The notes under the pieces were generated by a model. It worked only from the letters and a program-made list of their open reading frames with translations. It was not told the DNA's origin and made no database searches. Shown here piece after piece: positions 1-9,565 of a stretch of DNA of 64,000 nt. The stretch is from Paramoeba atlantica (Eukaryota > Protista > Discosea), in NCBI GenBank assembly GCA_977017575.1, contig CDRNVI010000008.1:62001-126000 (forward strand). The letters are read 5' to 3'. A program made the position numbers and the translations under genes. The stretch's first letter is position 1; each line of letters starts with the position of its first letter.

Positions 1-2
1 AG

Positions 3-359
3 AAATTCTTCCGCGCACACGCCGATCGCTTCAACCGTCTTGCCAAGACCGGCTGGCGCCGCCCTCGAGGTATTGACTCCAACGTCCGTCGTCACTTCAA
101 AGGGGTCCCGCTGACCCCTCGGATTGGGTACGGCAGTGCGAAGGCCACCCGACACGTGTGCCCGGATGGATTTCGCCGGTTTGTGATTCGCAACGTAGGG
201 GAGCTGAACATGTTGACGATGCAGAATCGAAAATACTCGTGTGAGGTAGCGGCATGCATTGGGGCAAAGAAGCGCAAACAGATTGTGCAGCGCGCGAAAG
301 AGTTGGATATTAAAGTAACCCGACCGAAGGCTCGTCTGAGAGAGGAGGAGAAGAACTAA
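3..359 (+). CDS. RPL32: 60S ribosomal protein L32 (eL32), 5' end outside the window
   Basis: Frame is open from nt 3: KFFRAHADRFNRLAKTGWRRPRGIDSNVRRHFKG...PRIGYGS...EVAACIGAKKRKQIVQRAKELDIKVT, matching eL32 motifs. Confidence 0.95.
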   Translation, partial: KFFRAHADRFNRLAKTGWRRPRGIDSNVRRHFKGVPLTPRIGYGSAKATRHVCPDGFRRFVIRNVGELNMLTMQNRKYSCEVAACIGAKKRKQIVQRAKELDIKVTRPKARLREEEKN

Positions 360-617
360 GGCAAGGGAGTGTTGTAAAACGAAAGAGGCTAAGGAAAATC
401 TCATGTATGCTACGTGATACAAGGGAAATTTAAAAAACAGATTTGAAGTCGATAAGTAACAATACATGTACGTTTTGTAAATTATTCGTTGTTCCATTTC
501 TTTGCGTGGTTTCCTTTCTTTAAGTAGTAAAAAAATCCCCTTTATCTCATCTTTCACACCTTATTTCCCTTCATAAAATTATATTTCCTTTCTCTCCCCT
601 CCCCTCCTCCTCCTCTT

Positions 618-1958
618 ATGTCCACCGCTAAACTCGTCGACCTTGAAGACTTCGAGGACGACCAGCAGATCGTCCCCCCCTCCCTCCCCCTCTCCTCCGA
701 CGGCCCCTCCGTCCCTGCCCCCTCCTACGCCGTCGCGCTCGGCGGGTTCAAGGACTTTTGTTTAAAGCCCGAACTCACCCGGGCCATCGCCGAGAACGGT
801 TTCGAGCACCCCAGTGAGGTCCAGCACAAGGCCTTGCCTCAGGCTCTCCTCGGGAATGACATTTTAGCCCAGGCGAAATCCGGGATGGGCAAAACCGCGG
901 TGTTTGTGTTTGCGCTGCTGGAACACATTGAAAAGCCCCCTGCGGATTCCGATAAGTATGTGCAAGCCTTGGTGCTGGTCCACACCCGGGAGTTGGCGTA
1001 CCAAATCGATCATGAGTTTACGCGGTTTAACCGAGCCCTGCCGCACTGTACCACCTGTGTGGTGTTTGGGGGGGTACCGGAGGAGGAGAACGCGAAGCTG
1101 TTTAAGGACAAGAAGAAGACCCCGTTGATTGTGGTCGGGACTCCGGGACGGACCCTGGCGCTCGCGACGAGGCTGAAAGTGATGGATTTGAATCATGTGA
1201 AGTATTTTGTGTTGGATGAGTTTGATCGGTGTTTGGAGGATCTTTCGATGCGTGCGGATGTGCAGGCGATTTTTATGAAGACTCCAAAGACGAAACAGGT
1301 GATGATGTTCTCGGCGACAATGTCGGAGGAGATGCGTAACCTCGCAAAAAAGTTTATGAACAACCCGTTGGAGATTTATGTCGATCAGCAGAGTAAACTC
1401 ACGTTGCATGGTTTGCTGCAGTATTATGTGAGTTTGGAGGAGAAGGTCAAGGCACGGAAGCTGCTGGATATTCTCGATGCCGTCGACTTCCATCAGTGTA
1501 TTATCTTTGTCAACAGCGTGATGCGCTGCGAGGCTCTAAGCACGCTGTTGAAAAAATGCGCTTTTCCCTGTGTCGCGGTGCACGGCCAAATGGAGCAAAT
1601 CGAGCGATTGAAGACTTACGATCAGTGTAAGGCGCAGAGCTCTAAAATTGTCGTCGCAACGGATCTGTTCGGCCGTGGAATTGATATTAATCGGGTGAAC
1701 TTGGTGATTCAATATGACATGGCGCACGATGCGGATACATATCTGCACCGCGTGGGGCGTGCCGGTCGGTTTGGGAACAAGGGTTTGACGATTTGTTTCA
1801 TTACTGACACAATGCACCGCACGAAGGTGGACTCCGGGGAGTGGAAGTCTGTGGAGGATAAGGATGTGTTGAAGGATGTACAGTCCCGGTTTGAGATTCA
1901 GATGGCGGAGCTTACCGATCTCGCGACCTTGGACAAAGGGAAGTACATGTTGTCTTAG
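618..1958 (+). CDS. SUB2: ATP-dependent RNA helicase SUB2/UAP56 (DDX39 family)
   Basis: Motifs GFEHPSEVQ, AKSGMGKT, HTRELAYQI, VLDEFD, MMFSAT, LTLHGLLQYY, ATDLFGRGID, YLHRVGRAGRFG. Confidence 0.93.
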   Translation: MSTAKLVDLEDFEDDQQIVPPSLPLSSDGPSVPAPSYAVALGGFKDFCLKPELTRAIAENGFEHPSEVQHKALPQALLGNDILAQAKSGMGKTAVFVFALLEHIEKPPADSDKYVQALVLVHTRELAYQIDHEFTRFNRALPHCTTCVVFGGVPEEENAKLFKDKKKTPLIVVGTPGRTLALATRLKVMDLNHVKYFVLDEFDRCLEDLSMRADVQAIFMKTPKTKQVMMFSATMSEEMRNLAKKFMNNPLEIYVDQQSKLTLHGLLQYYVSLEEKVKARKLLDILDAVDFHQCIIFVNSVMRCEALSTLLKKCAFPCVAVHGQMEQIERLKTYDQCKAQSSKIVVATDLFGRGIDINRVNLVIQYDMAHDADTYLHRVGRAGRFGNKGLTICFITDTMHRTKVDSGEWKSVEDKDVLKDVQSRFEIQMAELTDLATLDKGKYMLS

Positions 1959-2359
1959 TTAAAGCAAAAAGCGGGTCTGCGGTATTTTTAAAAGTGGGTC
2001 TTTAATTTGCATATGAGTTGTAAGGTCAAATTAGGAACGATAGAAAAGCTTTAGCCATACGATTTCAAGCCACACGGTGTTCAAATTTTACAACGTAAAA
2101 TCTACATCACTTCGAAAACATTGGCTGTCTCATTTTTTTATGTCTTTGATTTTGAAAAAGATTATTCACTCAAATCAAATCAAGGTTGGATAGCCGTTAG
2201 TAGAGGAATCTTGATTGTATTAAAAGTGGAAAGTATCTTCATACACTGAACTTTGTTTTCGCTAGTTGTAACTGCTTGAAACAAAATCATATGCACTAAT
2301 TTTGTTTTTCAAACCTATCCTATATTTTTTCTAGAACGCCTATCGTTTCGCAAACACCA

Positions 2360-2812
2360 ATGAAACACGAACAACTTGGACCCCTGAAGCCGAACACACA
2401 ACTCCTAACCATATCTGCAACCCAGTTAAAACAGCGAGCTGCCGAACTTGAACGAAAATATGGCACCAATAAAGAAACATTTTCGGCCTGTACCCCTTTT
2501 CGCCTACGAGTCTACGCCGCCTGCACGTACATCCCCCGCGGTAAGGTCTCCACGTATGCCAGTCTGGCAACTCTTCTCGGGGTCGCCAACGGGTCGCGTG
2601 CGGTCGGTCAAGCATTGCGTCATAACCCCTTTGCCCCTTTTGTGCCTTGCCACCGTGTGGTGAACAGTACCGGAGCCCTCCATGGGTTTGGCGGCCAAAC
2701 AACCCAAGAGGCATTGTTGCGTAAAATGAAGCTGCTGCAAAACGAGGGGGTGGTATTTGATGCAGCAGGAAAGAAGCGTGTACATCCCACATCGCGAGTT
2801 ACTTTTGTGTAG
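2360..2812 (+). CDS. MGMT: O6-methylguanine-DNA methyltransferase (Ogt/MGMT C-terminal domain)
   Basis: IPRGKVSTY, RAVGQAL and NP...VPCHRVV active-site motif. Confidence 0.92.
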   Translation: MKHEQLGPLKPNTQLLTISATQLKQRAAELERKYGTNKETFSACTPFRLRVYAACTYIPRGKVSTYASLATLLGVANGSRAVGQALRHNPFAPFVPCHRVVNSTGALHGFGGQTTQEALLRKMKLLQNEGVVFDAAGKKRVHPTSRVTFV

Positions 2813-4689
2813 AGGAGAATAGAATTTTCATATGTACTCGGAAAGGAGCTAGCAACGGCTTTGTGAAATAGTTCATGTAACAGCAAGGCCGAACAATATC
2901 ATGGCGAGTACTTCAGAATTCAGATTTATAAAATGTTTTTTGCATCAAATATTCATATGCATTGAATTTTTCATAACCTGTTTTGGGCCATACAGGTCTG
3001 TGCATGTCAGGACCCAGATCTATGGATGCAATCGCATATTTCTCGAAGTTCTCGCTCCGTATCCTTTGTAGCTTGAATTCACATACATGCACTGCAGCTT
3101 TGTTCGGGTGCAGCACCCGAAGTTGTTATTTCCCGGGGCGCCTGGGCACCGGTCCCCTCGGACGCGGAAATCGCCTCTGGTAGTTCCGGCGAACCCGCGC
3201 TCTCCGACGCTTGAGGGTGCCCCGCCCGCTATTCAACAGTTTTGAAAATTTGAAAATACTACAGAGTCATGGCGTCTGCATGAGCGTACTTCTCGTCTGC
3301 CGGTGCGTTGCGAGCTGTCTCGATACGTCCATATTCCCGGCCAAACTTGTAGTTGAAACGCAGGTAGTGGGGGTTCTCCAATGCCGGCTCGATAGCTCCC
3401 ATGGCGAAGGATCGTTCCGCACGCGTGTGTTCTGCACAATTTTCCAAATGACGCGTACTCGTGTCCAGACAAAGTCCCTGCAAAAGTGGCGATGCTCCCA
3501 CTCGCGCGGCTTAAACAAATATTTTTGAGGAAGAATCTGCGCTCGGATCGGAACCTCCAGCCTCCGGCGCCGCGGTACTCATTTCCAGCTTCATCGCTTC
3601 CGTAGTCTGGGTCGCCATTCGCTCGATGGTACTTTCTAGAGAGCTTCTCTCAGACTCTGGAGAGAAACACTACCGGAAGATTCAACATCATCGACAATTG
3701 TTTCGCACTCAGAAGCAGAATCCCATGTTGCCATGTAATCTTCTATATTAGAGCGGTGTCTTTTCACTCCTAGAAAGATTTGATTCATCGGGAAAAAGTC
3801 ACTATTCATACCGCCTACATTTTCCTCAACAAAAAAAAATCTCCTCAAATATTTGTGCAACAAAAATTTGTGAAATTTTTACGTGCAACAATTTCATAAG
3901 TTGCACAATAAAAAAATCACAAATTTTTGCGAACGCTGTATAAATAATTAATGTATAATCGGGTACGTCTCTACTTCGTTGAATATTCAACGAACCGCCG
4001 GCGGTTCGTTGAACGATTCAACAAAGCGATGGCGCTTCGTTGAATATTCAACGAACGGGATTTTAATTTTTTTTCGAGCGAGCGTTCGATTTTTTTAACA
4101 TTTTAAATTGTCTCAACGGAGCAACAAAGGTAGCGCATGGTACTAGAAACTCTTTTTCGGCAAGTCGATCTCATGTAGATTTCTGTTGTTGTTGTTTAAC
4201 CCTTTTGGAGATTCCTGTGAATGAATGTGAAACGCACGGATGAAACATGGTGTTAGATACGTCGTGTATTATTAGAAAATATAGGTGCAAGATTTTTTGG
4301 GAAAAACAAAGTTTTATTATTTAAGGGATAACACTTCTTTTGATAACTTGGATTCAAAAAATTATTTGAAAATAAATATATAATATAGCGCGCGTAGAAT
4401 AATACATACCTGGTCTATACCTGGAGAAGATGTACCCCAAGGCTTTACACGATACCGAGTAAAACCACAGAAAAACTCAGTTCGAAGAAAGTATAAAAAA
4501 ACGTTGCTGTGGACGTAGCTCGGAAAGGTGGGGGTCGCTAAGCCCCAACATTGTGAGATCACGAAAGTATATATCTAACAATGTCCCTGACCTATAATGT
4601 ACAAAACGCTATGCACAAACGATTTATATACATGTATAAAAGGAGTTAAAAATGAAAAAGAATAGACCAGGTATGGCACGCAATTTTTT

Positions 4690-5880
4690 TTACTCTTCCT
4701 CACTGGAAAGAGTTTCTTGGCTAGCTTCAGAAAAGCTGCAGAAACTATCGCTGAGATCATTCATGATTTCAATGTCCTCGCATCCGTAGAAATCGCGGAT
4801 GCACTCAAGTATATTAATAAAACGCACCTGCCATGCTTCTTTGCGCTCTGTTTTCCCATACCCGTACTTTACGCATTGCAAGGCCGCATTGCGGCGCAGA
4901 TCCATTGAAGACATACCATAATTGTAGTGTTGTTGCTTTATCCAATGTTTGATTGTCCGGTGCGCAGCCTCCGCATGGTTTGTATGGTGCCCTTTTAGAG
5001 TCACGAATTCTTTACTGTGATTTACAGTAAAATGGCGGCAGTACTCCCCCAAGTTAATATACCCCCGCCACTCGTCAGTCACCACCACTGAACGTGCACT
5101 CGTTAAATGGGGAGTGATAAAATTGAGAAGCGTATTCTGGTCCCTTCGCTTGACCAGCTTCCAGTGCGTTCTCCCCATTTTGCGGTCATCAATCTCCGTG
5201 ACGGTGACAAACCACCAACCAACTTTTCTAACCCGCTTTCCGCGGTGATACTTTCTTTTCCCAATGAAAGTTTCATCGACTTGCAACTTCGAAAAATTAA
5301 AGTCGACATTCTCCTGGCGAAAATAAGCGGCGCTCGAAACCATGTGCAAGAGATTAGTTACTGCCCTCTGACGCACTCCACGGTTACGGGCGATTTGTCC
5401 AGTCGTCAAATTATTTGCTATGTCCGCCCAGATTAGAAGAAGGGTAGTAAGAGTGACGCTAGTTCGGCTGCTCAAGTAAGGTGCGTACCGAAAAACCCTT
5501 GCCCTACACGCATTGGTGTCCCCCTCCCCCCGATGAGTGCACTCAAAAAACTGAAGGCTCCCCTTGATCCCCACCATGAACTCCCCCCCGTGACGTTTAC
5601 ATTGCGGTTCCGACAAGAGTCCATGATTCTTCATCCACACCTCGGCCGCTTCCCCCTGAGGAATGTATCGCATGTTGCGCCATACACGAACGCACGCGAA
5701 GCCCTCGCACCCCCGACACACTCTGTGTGCTTCGAAGGGAGGAACTGTACCCTCAGTCCAAGATGGGTCACCTTCACGATTTTCTACGCTACTATTGGTG
5801 TGAGAAACTTGTGTTTCCAAGAAGGCCATGAAGCGACGCAAAAATGCTTCCGAAGTATTGCCAGTATCACTGTTGTTCAT
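4690..5880 (-). CDS. Merlin/ISXO2-family DDE transposase with Cys/His-rich N-terminus
   Basis: LQVDETFIGKRKYHRG, VVVTDEWRGY, HFTVNHSKEFV and HTNHAEAAHRTIK are the IS1595-family D/D/E motifs; the ORF is uninterrupted. Confidence 0.92.
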   Translation of the reverse strand: MNNSDTGNTSEAFLRRFMAFLETQVSHTNSSVENREGDPSWTEGTVPPFEAHRVCRGCEGFACVRVWRNMRYIPQGEAAEVWMKNHGLLSEPQCKRHGGEFMVGIKGSLQFFECTHRGEGDTNACRARVFRYAPYLSSRTSVTLTTLLLIWADIANNLTTGQIARNRGVRQRAVTNLLHMVSSAAYFRQENVDFNFSKLQVDETFIGKRKYHRGKRVRKVGWWFVTVTEIDDRKMGRTHWKLVKRRDQNTLLNFITPHLTSARSVVVTDEWRGYINLGEYCRHFTVNHSKEFVTLKGHHTNHAEAAHRTIKHWIKQQHYNYGMSSMDLRRNAALQCVKYGYGKTERKEAWQVRFINILECIRDFYGCEDIEIMNDLSDSFCSFSEASQETLSSEEE

Positions 5881-6070
5881 TCAAAATAGGATCCGCAAAA
5901 GAAAAAGGTCCTGTTTTCTACACATCAATATTAAAAAATAGTCCAGAATCCTGCGGAAACCACCCAACCAACCAGAATCCTGCGGAAGTGGCAGACATAG
6001 GTTCTCAGTGCGCGACCCGCGCGCTGGAGCGCGCGGGTCGCCAAAAAATATAATTATGTCCCAGGGCTAC

Positions 6071-6181
6071 GCTCACAGTTGGGCCTTGCTCGCAGACGGG
6101 GGCTTTTGCCTCCAGAAGTGGGCTTCGCTCACAGTTGGGCCTTGCTCGCAGACGGGGGTTTTGCCTCAAGAAGTGGGCTTC
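6071..6181. repeat. Two tandem copies of a ~56-bp unit upstream of the Merlin transposase
   Basis: GCTCACAGTTGGGCCTTGCTCGCAGACGGGGG...GAAGTGGGCTTC starts at 6071 and again at 6127. Confidence 0.9.
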
Positions 6182-6392
6182 GCTGGCAGAATCGCAGAAA
6201 AGTTCAGTGAAAAAAAATAAAAAATCGGTTCGTTGAATCGTTCAACGAACCGACGGCGCTTCGTTGAATATTCAACGAAGTAGAGACATAGCCGTATAAT
6301 CAAAGGGTGGTATGTTGTTCGTTTCCGGGCGTTCGTTTCCCCAAGGTCCTTAATAGGTGTAGTGTGCAGCGGGGTTTCCTGGAGACTGGATA

Positions 6393-6677
6393 CACCCCCT
6401 TTCATTAATAATGATAATTGAAAAACGATTTTCACCTCGGATTGTGAAAATTACTCAAAAATTATCAAAAACAATTATATCGTAACTCCTCCGTGTCAGC
6501 TCGAGGTTTTTTCCGCGATCTCTTTAATCTTGACTTGCTTTTTCCCTTCGTAGACAAAGTATCATACTACAGAGATGTACATTTGTTTCTGATATCCCCT
6601 TATTACCTTCATAAATAATGATAATGATAATCTCAGAAAAATCATTATTATCATTATCATTATTATGAGAGGGGGTG
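6393..6677. mobile_element. TA-flanked MITE (Tc1/mariner-type ends)
   Basis: Left TA|CACCCCCTTTCATTAATAATGATAAT; right end reverse-complements to TA|CACCCCCTCTCATAATAATGATAAT. No ORF. Confidence 0.7.
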
Positions 6678-7060
6678 TAGTTTGAGCTGGATAGACCTTT
6701 GTACCATGCGCTGATTATAATTATTAAAGAGGGGGGGGATGAATAGACTAAGACATAGTGTGTAGAACAGACCTCTAGTCTTACATAAACTTCTTTACAT
6801 AAACTACTTTATATGTATGTATCTTTCTGTAAGCTTTTTTCATGAAATATTTACTCAGATCATAGGGAATATCTTTCTGTGCGATATATGGCGGCAATAG
6901 GTAAAAATTATCGCATATTATTCACCAGGGTGTGAACAAGTGTCATTGAACAATAAACAAAGTGGCTAATAAATGTCGGGAGTTTTATTTTGATTCAAGT
7001 TAGCTGTAGAACTTCCGTTACACCTTAAACAAATACCCATAATATAGTTTTCATCAGTAC

Positions 7061-7885
7061 ATGTTAAGCGCAGTCGCACCGGATATTGCACCGACACGGC
7101 GTGGTCGTGTACGTGCAGTTACACTGACGCCTGAAGCGGAATTAACTCGTTTCATTAAAAACATTTCAACAATTGATCCCGAGTGGAAATGGAATTCATT
7201 TACTCCCATTGAATCTTGGAAAGGTGTGACACACAACGGGAGTTGTATTTCCTGGGCAAAAATGTCTCTGCGCGGCACTCTTCAATGGTCATTTTTCCCG
7301 CAGATTGTGGAAAAGTGTGAGGTACTTCTGAATTTTCTAGAAGGGCAAATCGATCTCACTGAACTAAATTCGGTTATTACGGTATTGAATCTGGGTCAAA
7401 ATTGCTTTTCTGGTCCCGTAGATCTTACCCAATTGCCCCTATCACTTGGAAGACTCTGGCTCACAGAAAATTTTCTTTCTGGGAAAGTCGATTTGACTGC
7501 TTTAGCCCCGCAGTTACAGCGCTTGAGTTTGTCTACAAATAAACTGGAGGGGGAAATCAGTCTCGCCGAGCTTCCAAGTAGCTTACTTTCCCTTCGACTT
7601 GATAAAAACATGTTTACAGGTAGGTTGGACTTAGCCCATCTACCACTGTTTTTGAATTCTCTAGACGTTTCTGAAAATCAATTCGATGGAGAAATATCTT
7701 TGGATTTTCTGCCTCCTGGACTGCGTCTATTGGATTTGAGGTCCAACAGTCTTTCAGGAATAGTAGATGTTACCTCACTGACAAACAAGAGTGGCTACCA
7801 GGGGCAACGCATTGATTTACGGGACAATAATTTTTCTGATATTCTACCTTCCAAAGAGTATTTACCACGTTCCATAAAAATATAG
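7061..7885 (+). CDS. Leucine-rich repeat protein
   Basis: Repeated LxxLPxxLxxLxLxxNxFxGx(L/V)D units after a W-x-G-V cap. Confidence 0.9.
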   Translation: MLSAVAPDIAPTRRGRVRAVTLTPEAELTRFIKNISTIDPEWKWNSFTPIESWKGVTHNGSCISWAKMSLRGTLQWSFFPQIVEKCEVLLNFLEGQIDLTELNSVITVLNLGQNCFSGPVDLTQLPLSLGRLWLTENFLSGKVDLTALAPQLQRLSLSTNKLEGEISLAELPSSLLSLRLDKNMFTGRLDLAHLPLFLNSLDVSENQFDGEISLDFLPPGLRLLDLRSNSLSGIVDVTSLTNKSGYQGQRIDLRDNNFSDILPSKEYLPRSIKI

Positions 7886-8251
7886 ATCAGGCTTGTTCTT
7901 TACTACACGTGTTATAAACTTTATAACGATTATCTTGTGCATTCTTATTTGCTTGTTATTTAGTTTGCTTTTTGTTTAACGGCAATTTTTTGCAAACCAA
8001 CTTTGAACTTTATACATGTATGCTCGGTAATTTTATGTGCTTTGTTCATTTGCTAGGTCCTTCGCATACAAGACTCGTACAATTTCTTGTTTTCGCAGAG
8101 TATATAAATTAGTCAATAGAATTTACAGTAGTGGTCAAGAACACTTGATATTTCGAAGTGACGGAGTTGTTGCTGTATTCGACATCGCTATTTTTTTCTA
8201 ATCCTATTTTACCCCTAAAAGTGTGAATCTCTTACTCTGCTTCTTTTTGTT

Positions 8252-9178
8252 ATGACTTCTGTGCCTATGACACGAGCAGCTGGTCCCAAAGAAGTGAGCG
8301 AGAAATATCAAACCATGGACGTCCTTGGAGAAGGTACTTATGGTGTTGTTTATCGAGCAATGGATCGCCGAACATCGGAAATTGTGGCCCTAAAAAAGAT
8401 TCGCCTTGATCACGGCGATGAGGGGATACCGCAAACTGCCTTGCGTGAGGTAAGCATTCTTCAAGAACTGCACCATCCCAATGTAGTGAATCTGAAGGAT
8501 GTCATTTGTGTGCAGGACTCTAAGCTGTACCTTGTTTTTGAATACGTTCAGCAAGACTTAAAGCAAGCGCTTGAGAAGAGACTATCTACCCTCTCCCCAC
8601 TTCTTCTTAAGCAATTGCTGTGGCAAATGCTTCAAGGTATATATTTTTGCCATTCCCACCGCATCATTCACCGAGACTTGAAGCCGGCAAATATTCTTAT
8701 TAATGCAGAGAATTTCTTAAAAATCGCCGATTTTGGGTTGGCTCGTGCTTTTCACGTTCCGTCGAATACTTTTACGCACGAAGTTGTGACATTGTGGTAC
8801 AGAGCACCAGAAATATTGTTAGGCATAAAGCACTACTGCTCTGCTGTAGACATCTGGTCTGTGGGATGTATTTTTGCCGAACTTGCACGTCATAAGGTGC
8901 TTTTCAGGGGTGACAGTGAGGTGGGACAACTTTTTGAGATGTTTCAGGTACTAGGTACACCTACCGAAGAAGAGTGGATTGGGGTATCATCTCTTCCCGA
9001 CTTCAAAGATATTTTTCCCAAGTGGGCCAGAACTCCACTGGAGAAGTTAGTACCTTCTTTAGAGCCTGCAGGTGTCGATCTTCTCTCCAAAATGCTTCTG
9101 TATGAGCCTTCTTCACGCATAAGTGCTAAAATGGCACTACAGCACTCGTATTTTGATGAAGTGCGGGTTGAATCATAA
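8252..9178 (+). CDS. CRK3: cdc2-related kinase, kinetoplastid CRK3 type
   Basis: [23 protein letters not shown] (PQTALRE in place of PSTAIRE), [23 protein letters not shown]. Confidence 0.9.
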   Translation: MTSVPMTRAAGPKEVSEKYQTMDVLGEGTYGVVYRAMDRRTSEIVALKKIRLDHGDEGIPQTALREVSILQELHHPNVVNLKDVICVQDSKLYLVFEYVQQDLKQALEKRLSTLSPLLLKQLLWQMLQGIYFCHSHRIIHRDLKPANILINAENFLKIADFGLARAFHVPSNTFTHEVVTLWYRAPEILLGIKHYCSAVDIWSVGCIFAELARHKVLFRGDSEVGQLFEMFQVLGTPTEEEWIGVSSLPDFKDIFPKWARTPLEKLVPSLEPAGVDLLSKMLLYEPSSRISAKMALQHSYFDEVRVES

Positions 9179-9565
9179 AATATTGGGTATGTATTCGTCT
9201 GTACATTTGAACTCACTCACGTGCTAAGGTAGAAAGTATGTGATATACTTTAATATGAATGCAAACGGTTTGAGTACAACTTTTTGTAAAAGACCATTAG
9301 TTTTCCAACAGGTTCGGTGTGGCGTTTTCTACTAGTAGTTTTGTCAATACTGTTTACTTATAGTTTCAAGTTTTAATGTGTGTAAAAATCTAAGACTAAT
9401 ATTTTTGAACGTTGTCTTTTAAACTTCCGTTCCATACTTTTGATGTCGCTATTTCGCAAAAAAACGACACTGTGATACTAAAGTGTTATATAGTTGATGG
9501 ATGTTCTCTTTTCTGATCTTGACACTTTATTTGTTCCTACCACTCAGTTTTAACAACTGCTTTGA

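Larger units (their letters stand above)
3961..6293 (-). mobile_element. Merlin (IS1595/ISXO2-like) DNA transposon, apparently complete
   Basis: 70-bp TIRs at 3961-4030 and 6224-6293 (64/70 identical by hand alignment, both starting GG). Perfect 8-bp TSD GTATAATC at 3953-3960 and 6294-6301. Internal DDE transposase ORF. Confidence 0.93.
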
